Origin: an uncultured bacterium
Lineage (GTDB): Bacteria; Oederibacteriota; Muellerivitia; Muellerivitales; Muellerivitaceae
NCBI GenBank assembly: GCA_964525605.1
Contig: CAZGKT010000005.1
Location: 9,122-73,121, forward strand
Length of the DNA stretch: 64,000 nucleotides
Reading direction: 5' to 3'
Shown piece after piece: positions 56,421 to 64,000 of this stretch (within the stretch, counting starts at the first letter, position 1; each line of letters opens with the position of its first letter). The translations under genes and the position numbers were made by a program. Under the pieces are notes generated by a model, which saw only the letters and a list, made by a program, of their open reading frames with translations, did not search any database and was not told the origin of the DNA.

Positions 56421-56715
56421 ATTCGTTGAAGGCATAGGTTCTATTTCCTTAAAAAAGACCCTCTCTTCTTAGTGCTCCCAAGGGGAGCCGCTGGGGTGGA
56501 GGGGACCTTTTATTCATTTTCAATTTTCAGGCGGTGTTCACAAGGAAAAACAGGATGAATTCAGGGTAAACGTGAATAATTCTTAAACCACCCCTACGAT
56601 CTAAAAACCATCCTCGGGCCCTTGAAGATCTATGGAGTGTTCCTTTTATGTTGTGAATGGGGGGGGACAAAGGCCAGGGAAAGTTTTGGGTTGCCTACAG
56701 CCAATGGGGGCTGGA

Positions 56716-57900
56716 TTACTTCAATTCGGGGTGCACGGCGATGAGCTTTTCCAGGTTCTGGGCCGCCATGAGGTGGTTGGGCTTGATCTTGAGGGTTTCT
56801 TCCCAGTATTTTTTCGCCCCGGCCCAATCTTCCGCCCGGTAGCTGTTCAAACCCTGGTTATAAAAATCATCCGCCTGTGCGTCCGCTTGGCTTTTGGGGG
56901 CGGGGGCTTGAATGCCGTCTAACTGTTTTTTCCAATCCGCCAACTTGGAGTTGTCGGGGTCCAGGGCCTTGAGTTTTGCGAAAGCGGACTTGGCCTCCGT
57001 CACGTTTTTATCTTTAATTGCCGTATTAAACTTTTGCAAAGCCAATTTGCGGTTTATTTGATCCAGGGCGGATGTCCAATCGGATTGATCAGGCTTCAAA
57101 CGAACGGCTTTTCCGTAAAGGATTCGGGCTTTGATCAGATCTCCGTTAGACTCGGCCTTTTTGGCCCCGTTCGCTAGATCCTCAGCACTCTCTCCGTCCG
57201 CGTGATCCCCGTCATCTTGCCCATGGGATGGTTTAACGCCGGAGGTCGGCGTCCCGCTTGGTTTTTCAAGGCTTCCGGCCTGGATCATCCGGCGAAAAGT
57301 TTGAACCTGAGCTTGGGTGGGGTCCAGTGCCGCAGCTTGGTTCAAGAAATTGAGCGCGCTAGTTTTATCCCCTATCGAATAGGCCTGGCTCGCCTGCTTG
57401 TAGAGGCTCCCCACCATGGCATTATAGGGATGATCGGCGTTTTCCTCGAAATCGGGTAAGAAAGCATCGGTTGTCCCGTTCGACTCCTTTTTCCCTTCGC
57501 GGGGGATCAGGTTCAACACCACCGGAGCCTGGTCCTGGTCCGCCTTGACGAAAACCGTCAAGCGATACCCATCCTTGAAAGTTTTTAATATTTCTACGGT
57601 GAAAGTTTTGACTCCTCCCAGCCCGCCCTTTTGGGTTACTTCGTTGGTCGAGGCATCACGCAAAATCCAGCCTGTCAAAACCGCGTCGCTTTTGACCGTG
57701 ATGTTGAACCCATCCTGGTGGTCGCGAACGATTGTCTCCAGGTGGGCCCACACGGCGTCCTGTTGAAACCGGTAAGTGGTCGTGAGGTTCTGGAGCGCAA
57801 GGGGTGAAGTCGCGGGAGTGGGGAGGGTTTCTTCCGATCTTCCGGCGGGAGGCATGAAAAACGATAGAAGGATAAAAGAAAACAGGAAGCGCAGGCTCAA
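56716..57900 (-). CDS. Secreted TPR-repeat protein
   Basis: Signal peptide and several TPR-like helical repeats in the C-terminal half. Overlaps the upstream outer-membrane-protein gene by 4 nt (ATGA). Confidence 0.5.
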   Translation of the reverse strand: MSLRFLFSFILLSFFMPPAGRSEETLPTPATSPLALQNLTTTYRFQQDAVWAHLETIVRDHQDGFNITVKSDAVLTGWILRDASTNEVTQKGGLGGVKTFTVEILKTFKDGYRLTVFVKADQDQAPVVLNLIPREGKKESNGTTDAFLPDFEENADHPYNAMVGSLYKQASQAYSIGDKTSALNFLNQAAALDPTQAQVQTFRRMIQAGSLEKPSGTPTSGVKPSHGQDDGDHADGESAEDLANGAKKAESNGDLIKARILYGKAVRLKPDQSDWTSALDQINRKLALQKFNTAIKDKNVTEAKSAFAKLKALDPDNSKLADWKKQLDGIQAPAPKSQADAQADDFYNQGLNSYRAEDWAGAKKYWEETLKIKPNHLMAAQNLEKLIAVHPELK

Positions 57901-59108
57901 AACTCCACTCCGGTTCTCACGAGAAAGGCGATCCGGTTATAAGCATTCGACCGCAAACCCGTGCCCGGTCCGTCGGTTTCGTTGCCAGGGCCAAAACCTC
58001 CGTTGAAAGGAACGCCGATCGCGGAGGGGACCAGCCGGTCCAGGGTGAAATCATTTTGGTTGTTGGTGGCGTGAAATTCGAGGAAGAGGCCTTTGATCCG
58101 CGTCTTTAACTTGGCGTACCAGGATGTTTGGGGCGACTGGGCCTGGTCGGGGATAAACCCATTGCCTCCCGTGAAAGGGTTATCCAGGGATTTTCCCATG
58201 GGAACCTGAGCCTCCAGAATAAATTGATCAATTGAAAAAGCGCCCCAGGTTCCCAGTTGTTCGGTCTTGAAGCCCAGGGAGAGAGCGCTGGTATCGTTGA
58301 AGAGCGAGGTGTTTTGAACGCCGTATTCGGCGGTCAAGTCGATATGTTGATGGAGGTCCATATCCGCCGCGAGGGAAGCGGCCGGGCCGCCATTGAGGGA
58401 GGAATAGTCAAAATAATCGGTGGCGGAGACGCCCACATTGGCCTTGATCGTCAAATCGAAATCACTGGAATTGATCCGGCATCTTAACTGTCCAAGGCCA
58501 AAAGCCTGGGTGGAGTCTTCTTGAACCTGTTGGGCGGAAAAAAGACTGGGGGTGTAAAAGAAACTCAGGGCCAGGGGGGAGGACCCCTGCGCCTGGGTGT
58601 TCTTGGTGTCGCCGAAACCCAGAAAGAGGGAGATGGGGATCGTGGCCATGACGCCATCCACCCGGTGGATGCCCATAATGGGATAGGCGCCGAAGAAAGA
58701 GTTGGAAGTGAGCATTTGAAAAAGATCAAAGCGCCCCACGGAAACCTGAAAGGCGGGATCCATGTAGGATAGTTTCGCCAGGCGGAGGTCCACTTCCGAG
58801 GCGGTATCCGAGGAGGAAAGACTTTTGCGGATTCGGATCAACCCGTCCGCCAGGACTGAATTTTCATCCAGGCTGCGCTTGGCGGAAAGGTCGAACATGG
58901 AGAAGGCCTGGCCCTGCAGATCCGCGTCCTGCTGGTAATCCGCCTGAAGAAGAAATTTTATTTCGCGGTCACTGTCGGTCGCCGGCGGCGGAGACACCCA
59001 TTTGTTTTCTTGGCCCGACGCGAGGAAGGAGTTTTGGGAAAGAGGCTCTTGTCCGAGAAGAAGAGTCGGCAAAGCAATGACGATCAAAAGAAATGTTTTT
59101 ATTTTCAT
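57897..59108 (-). CDS. Outer-membrane beta-barrel protein
   Basis: Signal peptide, alternating amphipathic beta-strand pattern, and a C-terminal Phe ('RTGVEF'). Confidence 0.5.
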   Translation of the reverse strand: MKIKTFLLIVIALPTLLLGQEPLSQNSFLASGQENKWVSPPPATDSDREIKFLLQADYQQDADLQGQAFSMFDLSAKRSLDENSVLADGLIRIRKSLSSSDTASEVDLRLAKLSYMDPAFQVSVGRFDLFQMLTSNSFFGAYPIMGIHRVDGVMATIPISLFLGFGDTKNTQAQGSSPLALSFFYTPSLFSAQQVQEDSTQAFGLGQLRCRINSSDFDLTIKANVGVSATDYFDYSSLNGGPAASLAADMDLHQHIDLTAEYGVQNTSLFNDTSALSLGFKTEQLGTWGAFSIDQFILEAQVPMGKSLDNPFTGGNGFIPDQAQSPQTSWYAKLKTRIKGLFLEFHATNNQNDFTLDRLVPSAIGVPFNGGFGPGNETDGPGTGLRSNAYNRIAFLVRTGVEF

Positions 59109-59516
59109 ATATCACCTAACAAAATTAAATTTTATAAGTCTGGTTTAAAGCGGTGGTATTTTACATTTTCTTAAAATTTGGAAAACAATTTTTTTTAAAA
59201 TCTGGGGGGAAACCGTGCTGGGTTTGGGTTGTGGAAACTACGGACAACGGGCTGGGGATGATTGTCTTTTTATTGATCGGAACGCTAAATCCCAAAGTCC
59301 AATATTTCTTGTTTTGATATTTTTATGGGTTTAACGTGTTCAAGAGGGAAGTCGCTCGAAGAAATAAAAAAGCCTGAACGGAATGTTCAAGCTTTTGTGA
59401 AATGAATGAACCGGCCTTAGTGTCTTTTTTTTGCTTTAGCGGTTTTCTTGGCTTTCTTAGCCATAGGGGTCCTCCTTGCTTCGCAATGGATAGCTCACTC
59501 TAACATACTTGGGCGG

Positions 59517-59882
59517 CTAAAAAGGGGGAGGTTCCTTCGTTTCAGGGGAAGGCGGGGTGGGTTTGGACTGGTTTTTTTTTGTGGGCAATGGGCCGCTCAA
59601 CCAGTCAAGAAAACGGTCTTTCAAATAGCCGAGAAAAGATATCACCAAGATGAGGACGATGAATCCCAGAAAAAAGAGAAACAAATCTAAAGCAGTTGAT
59701 CCAACGGCGCTCCAAAGCCCGCTGTGTAGTTTGGGTAAAAACAGCGCAAGGCCAATGCCGATCATGAGGATGATAACCCTGATTTCTGTATGCCAGGCAT
59801 GCCCGCTTTGATTTCGTAAGAGGCTGGTCGCCTTTTGCCGGACCATGACGCGCTCCTTGAGTGCGAATAAGCCTTCTATCAC
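59517..59882 (-). CDS. Hypothetical small membrane protein
   Basis: 121 aa with two hydrophobic helices. The coding status is uncertain. Confidence 0.25.
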   Translation of the reverse strand: MIEGLFALKERVMVRQKATSLLRNQSGHAWHTEIRVIILMIGIGLALFLPKLHSGLWSAVGSTALDLFLFFLGFIVLILVISFLGYLKDRFLDWLSGPLPTKKNQSKPTPPSPETKEPPPF

Positions 59883-60001
59883 TATTGTCCATGGATCGAT
59901 GGGTTGATGTCAAAGTCTGACGAAGCTGAACCAAAGGGGGCGATGCCCCCCCATGTGAAAAAACCATAGATGGAATTTGAGGAATTAAAATTGAGGGGAA
60001 A

Positions 60002-60039
60002 TAAAAAAAGGGGCGCCGGAAAACCGGCGCCCCTTTTTC
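60002..60039. terminator. Bidirectional rho-independent terminator downstream of the superoxide dismutase gene
   Basis: A-run, then GGGGCGCCGG-aaaa-CCGGCGCCCC, then TTTTTC. Confidence 0.7.
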
Positions 60040-60050
60040 ATTCGAAGCGG

Positions 60051-60641
60051 TTATTTGCCTTCGAAGTTCTTTCCGGCGAAATGCCAGTTCAAAACCTTCC
60101 AGAAGGCTTCCACGTACTTGGCCCGGGCGTTGCGGTAGTCGATGTAGTAGGCGTGTTCCCACACATCGCAGGTGAAGAGGGGAATATGCCCGGCCGTCAG
60201 GGGCGTGGCGGCATTGGCCGTGGTCTCGATCTTCAGGCTCTTATCGGCGGGATTCAGGCTCAGCCAGGCCCAACCGGAACCGAACTGGCCCAGGGCGGCG
60301 GCCGTAAACTGCTTCTCAAACTCGGCTCGGGACCCGAAGGTTTTGTCCAGGGCCTGGCCCAAGGCGCCTGAGGGAGACTGGTTCTTGTCCGCCGAAAGGC
60401 TGTTCCAATAGAAAGAATGGTTGTAGTGCTGGGCTGCGTTGTTGAAGAGGGGGCCGGTGGCCTTGCGCATCAGGTCTTCCAAATGGAGGGCCTCGTCGGG
60501 GGTTCCGGCGATCAGCTTGTTCAAATTATCCACGTAGGTCTGGTGATGCTTTCCGTAATGGTATTCGAAGGTCTCAACGCTCAGATAGGGGGCTAAGGCG
60601 TCCTTGGAATAGGGCAGTTGGGGTAATTCATACTTCGGCAT
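60051..60641 (-). CDS. sodB: Fe/Mn superoxide dismutase
   Basis: 'LPYSKDALAPYLSVETFEYHYGKHH' and 'DVWEHAYYIDYRNAR' are the Fe/Mn-SOD signatures. Confidence 0.9.
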   Translation of the reverse strand: MPKYELPQLPYSKDALAPYLSVETFEYHYGKHHQTYVDNLNKLIAGTPDEALHLEDLMRKATGPLFNNAAQHYNHSFYWNSLSADKNQSPSGALGQALDKTFGSRAEFEKQFTAAALGQFGSGWAWLSLNPADKSLKIETTANAATPLTAGHIPLFTCDVWEHAYYIDYRNARAKYVEAFWKVLNWHFAGKNFEGK

Positions 60642-60794
60642 GGCGGCTCCTTTTTTCGATCAATAGTGCGACAACCTCCGCAATTTGACAGCCGAGGGTT
60701 AAAAAATCAATCCAACCTTGTAAAAAAATCAGGGAAGAGGCCTTTTAAGGGTTCGGTGGGGAATGAGGAGCTTTTTAAGCTACAATACGCGCCC

Positions 60795-61388
60795 ATGAAA
60801 ACGCTATCCGGCCGACTCCTCTTTCCCCCCCATCAAATCCAGACTGCCGTGGCGGAAATCGCCCGCCAGGTGGACGGATGGGTTCAATCGGGTTCTTTCA
60901 AGACCCTGGGTTGGATCACCGTAGCGGAGGGGGGGCGCACCTTTTCGGCGGATCTTTCACGCCAGGTTTTGGCCCTTCTACCTTCCCTATCCCTGATTCG
61001 GGGCGAGGTCCGGGTGAAGGGGACGACGGGGACTAAACTTCTTCAGGACAGGGAAGTGAGCCTGACGGGATGGGATTCGGACCGATTTCAGCATTTACCC
61101 GTTTTGCTGGTGGACGATCTGGTGGATTCGGGACGCACCCTTTTGGCCGTGAAGGAGACCCTCGGCCAGTTGGGAATGGTGGAAATCAAGACCGCGGTGG
61201 CGTTGAACAAACACAGCTCCCTGCGAGCCACGGCCGATTTTGTCGCTCTCGACCTGGGTTTAACGCCGGAAGATTTGAGCGGGAAGGGTCTTCAAGACAT
61301 TTGGGTTTACGGTTACGGAATGGATTTGAACGGACTCCACCGCGGGGACCCCGCGATTTGGGGAATGGAAATGAAAAGTTCCGGTTAG
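60795..61388 (+). CDS. Type I phosphoribosyltransferase (hypoxanthine/guanine PRTase-like)
   Basis: PRPP-binding motif 'VLLVDDLVDSGRTL'. Confidence 0.6.
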   Translation: MKTLSGRLLFPPHQIQTAVAEIARQVDGWVQSGSFKTLGWITVAEGGRTFSADLSRQVLALLPSLSLIRGEVRVKGTTGTKLLQDREVSLTGWDSDRFQHLPVLLVDDLVDSGRTLLAVKETLGQLGMVEIKTAVALNKHSSLRATADFVALDLGLTPEDLSGKGLQDIWVYGYGMDLNGLHRGDPAIWGMEMKSSG

Positions 61389-61398
61389 AACCCGCCTG

Positions 61399-61782
61399 TC
61401 AATCCTCGACGAACTTCTCGTCAAAGTCATACCCGATGGTTTTGGGATCGATCCCGTGGCTCTTGGCGTATTTTTCCTTCACGGCGGTATGCTCGAAAGA
61501 TCTCTTCAGCCGTTCCGCGTCCACCCGTTGGAAATCCTCGGGCTTCATCAGACTCATTTCCTTGATGCCTTCCGGCGTCAGGTAAGCCAATCCTGCCGGA
61601 AAGGTGAAGTCCGCCAGGTGGCCGGCTTTCATGGCGTTGAGCGTTTCCTTGATCGTGGATTTTTTCAACCAACACAGGCGGCTCAAGGTTTCGATGGATA
61701 AACAATAGGGTTTGATCTTGATGTTTTCGTTCGGAAGCTTCTTGAAGTTATAAAGAATGGTTTTCTTTGCCAGTTCATCCAT
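61399..61782 (-). CDS. Hypothetical protein
   Basis: 127 aa with no recognisable family. It is convergent with the PRTase gene. Confidence 0.3.
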   Translation of the reverse strand: MDELAKKTILYNFKKLPNENIKIKPYCLSIETLSRLCWLKKSTIKETLNAMKAGHLADFTFPAGLAYLTPEGIKEMSLMKPEDFQRVDAERLKRSFEHTAVKEKYAKSHGIDPKTIGYDFDEKFVED

Positions 61783-61827
61783 ATTTAAATCCTCATGATT
61801 GAACTTCGAATAGAGGCTTCCTTATAC

Positions 61828-62643
61828 CTAACGCAAGATCATCCAAAAGCTTAAGCCCAAGATGGGCCAAAGGGCCGTCACCAGACATCCGGCGCACAGG
61901 AAGGGGCCGTAGGGCAAGGGCGTTTTGACTTTCAACCGGCCCGTCAAAATCATCGAGGCTCCCCAGATTCCGCTAAGAATAGAGCCCAGAAAAAGCCCAT
62001 CCAACACCCCCTGCCATCCCAGGATCATCCCCAGGGCACCCAAAAGTTTAATATCTCCCCCGCCCAGGGCGTCCTTTCCCAAGATCAGGGTTCCCAACCA
62101 GCCGAACAAGAATAGGATTCCCGCCCCGACGAGAAACCCCAAAATCATATCCATCAGGCGGGCGTCCCAATGGGTTCCCAACCAGGGGTTCCAGGGAGCG
62201 TAGAGGGTGGCCGCCGCCATGAGGGGAAAAACCACCGCGTTGGGTAACGTCAGGGTGCGGATGTCGATCGTGGAAAGGACGATGCAGAACGCTCCCAGAA
62301 CCAGGAAGCCGCCCAACTTCAGGGGGTCCGCGTCAAAGCGCACTGCGGACACCGCGAAAAGCAAACCCGTCATCGCTTCTACCAGGGGGTATTGCCAGGA
62401 AATGGGGTTGGCGCAGGAACAGCATCGGCCCTTGAGCGCCAGGAAACTGAGAATGGGAATATTCTCAAACCAGGGGAGGGTATGCCCGCAACGCGGGCAG
62501 CGGGAAGGGGGGCGGACAATCGAGAGTCCTTCGGGGATCCGCAGGGCGCAAACGTTGAGGAAACTTCCCAGGCATGCCCCGACCGCGAAATAAAAAAGGA
62601 CCGGCAAGGCCTGAAGAAGAACCCATCCAAGACTGTTGTTCAC
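61828..62643 (-). CDS. pilD: Prepilin peptidase (A24 family, PilD-like)
   Basis: Zn-binding 'CPRCGHTL...CCSC', multiple TM helices and an A24 catalytic-Asp context ('TIDIRTLTLPN', 'GGGDIKLLGALG'). Confidence 0.75.
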   Translation of the reverse strand: MNNSLGWVLLQALPVLFYFAVGACLGSFLNVCALRIPEGLSIVRPPSRCPRCGHTLPWFENIPILSFLALKGRCCSCANPISWQYPLVEAMTGLLFAVSAVRFDADPLKLGGFLVLGAFCIVLSTIDIRTLTLPNAVVFPLMAAATLYAPWNPWLGTHWDARLMDMILGFLVGAGILFLFGWLGTLILGKDALGGGDIKLLGALGMILGWQGVLDGLFLGSILSGIWGASMILTGRLKVKTPLPYGPFLCAGCLVTALWPILGLSFWMILR

Positions 62644-62700
62644 GCGGCCTCCCAGAGAGTAGGGCCTTCTAACCTGTGAATATTAACACATTCCAATCGT

Positions 62701-63924
62701 TCACCTGTTGATTCCAAAAGCCTCATTGGGAATGATTTCATCCTTATTCGCCCCGGGTTTTTGCCAATAAAGGTCCAAGCACCAGGAATTTTCACCCCCC
62801 GGGTTTTGAAAAATCACCTCAATCGGGTGCGCCCCCTCCTGAAGGAAACAATCCGCGTGGTCTTCTCCCGTTGATATTTGTTCCTTCCCGTCCAAAAGGA
62901 GGGAAGCGTCGCACCAGGTGCTGATGAAAAAATGGTAGGTGCCTGATCGGGGAGCTTCCAGAATTCCTTTCCAGAGGATGACAGGGGCCTTGAGGGGAAA
63001 AGACCCTTCGTTGGAAAAATTCAGCAGGGGATCGTTGTGAACCAGGGCGGGGGTTTTAAGGTTTTTGGGATCGTCATAGTAATAACCCCTCAGGCCCCGG
63101 GGAACCAATTGGTCCGGGGAGAGGCCCTTTTTCTTCGCCAGCTCCTCCGGAGGGACCAGGTAAAGCCGCATGCTGAGATTTCCCTTTGGATTCAAAAAGT
63201 CTTCCATCTTTCCCCCGGGATAGAGGCGTTTCAGGAGGGCGTAGAGTCCGTTCCGGTCCGATTCGAGAAAAAATCCCTTGCCCATCCCATTCGGCTTCGC
63301 GGGTGGGGCCAAATCCTCCGGGGCCTTGAATAGATGGATGTGGTCCCGGTGAAAGTAACTCAAGAATTTAAGGGAATAAATCGGCGAATAGTAGGGCGAG
63401 AAATAAAGGTCATAGGCCCCGCCGTACTGGCCGGTTTTTTGTCCCACAAACGTTTCCTCCGAATCGTATTGCTCAAAGGCGTCCGGATCGGCGGGCTGGG
63501 CGTGGAAATAAAGATCTGCGTTTTGCCAGGTGATGAAGGCCAGGGCTAAACCCGCGAGCGTCAGGGTGAAAAATTTATGGCCGGAAACCGCAAGCCTTTC
63601 CCAGAGGGCGCTTAAGGGCAGGGCGGCCATGAGGGCGATCAAGGGGGTCAACCCCAGCAGCCGGTTGGCGTGGGCGGAATTAATGGATAGAACACCCGGG
63701 AGACTCATGACGAAAAAACCCGTCAGGGCAAAGAAGGAAACTTTATTCGAGGGCGTGAGGAGCGCCATCACGAAGCCGAACAAGAAAAGGATTCCCGTGC
63801 CGTCATCGAGCATTCGGTGCAGGGACAGGTTGTGGCGCGATAAGGGATCCCCCTGCCATTGGAACATCAGGGCCGTTTTATGGATGTTTTCCAAGAGCGG
63901 AGAAAGGTTCCCTGCCTCCACCAC
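62701..63924 (-). CDS. Membrane protein with a C-terminal PA14-like beta-domain; N-terminus may extend past the window
   Basis: N-terminal TM helices. The C-terminal 'GSFPLKAPVILWKGILEAPRSGTYHFFISTWCDASLLLDG' resembles a PA14/GLEYA fold. Confidence 0.35.
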   Translation of the reverse strand: MVEAGNLSPLLENIHKTALMFQWQGDPLSRHNLSLHRMLDDGTGILFLFGFVMALLTPSNKVSFFALTGFFVMSLPGVLSINSAHANRLLGLTPLIALMAALPLSALWERLAVSGHKFFTLTLAGLALAFITWQNADLYFHAQPADPDAFEQYDSEETFVGQKTGQYGGAYDLYFSPYYSPIYSLKFLSYFHRDHIHLFKAPEDLAPPAKPNGMGKGFFLESDRNGLYALLKRLYPGGKMEDFLNPKGNLSMRLYLVPPEELAKKKGLSPDQLVPRGLRGYYYDDPKNLKTPALVHNDPLLNFSNEGSFPLKAPVILWKGILEAPRSGTYHFFISTWCDASLLLDGKEQISTGEDHADCFLQEGAHPIEVIFQNPGGENSWCLDLYWQKPGANKDEIIPNEAFGINR

Positions 63925-64000
63925 CCGGGTCAGGATCGAAATGGAGTCTTCCCGGGACCCTAGCCCCTGTTGATTCAGATTGTGAAGGAGAAAGGGGAGG

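Noticed and set aside
1-64000. CRISPR arrays, tRNA or rRNA genes, transposases or integrases
   Set aside because: No regularly spaced direct repeats with spacers, no tRNA-like T-arm sequences and no recombinase-like ORFs were found on either strand.

Overview
Bacterial (diderm) chromosomal window, about 55% GC, densely coding. No rRNA, tRNA, CRISPR array, transposase or integrase was recognised.

The window opens inside a kdp K+-ATPase operon: kdpB (5' truncated) and kdpC. The operon is interrupted. A roughly 3.7 kb block of envelope genes (MarR regulator, OmpA-like lipoprotein, LysM lipoprotein) follows kdpC, and beyond it lies a decayed second copy of the kdpC 3' end (about 5836-5917). kdpE-kdpD appear only 8 kb further on, in reversed order (10610-14127).

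Other content, in order:
- a putative porin behind a sigma-54 promoter
- an FGE-sulfatase-domain protein overlapping the kdpD stop
- three tandem P-II (GlnB-like) genes
- an HTH/DUF1232 gene followed by a TolC/membrane-fusion/RND (CzcA/CusA-like) efflux operon
- a second, orphan KdpE-like response regulator
- an APC-family amino-acid permease carrying a fourth, C-terminal P-II domain, also behind a sigma-54 promoter
- a second APC permease with a large cytoplasmic tail
- assorted secreted and membrane proteins, including Trp-rich and His-rich ones
- an SBBP beta-propeller repeat protein plus a stand-alone copy of its C-terminal Ig-like domain
- FHA, HU, a TonB-dependent receptor, PilZ, a TPR/outer-membrane-protein pair, Fe/Mn superoxide dismutase, a phosphoribosyltransferase and a prepilin peptidase.

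The most striking locus is 46450-56061. It holds two paralogous giant proteins, each with an N-terminal TIR domain ('FISYSHKD'), one transmembrane helix, and 20-25 tandem ~38-aa YD-like repeats ('YFGxDGKP...GYARxTxxYDxxGNxTE'). The TIR and TM parts are about 80% identical; the repeat regions have diverged. An AGE-family epimerase, a LOG-family phosphoribohydrolase and a Pro-rich membrane protein sit between them. This resembles a membrane-anchored TIR (NADase-type) sensor/effector pair and is a candidate undescribed conflict or signalling system.

A recurring cis-motif of GTTAGG(A) direct repeats at 11-bp spacing marks at least five intergenic regions. Two of these lie next to perfect sigma-54 -24/-12 elements (TGGCAC-N5-TTGC).
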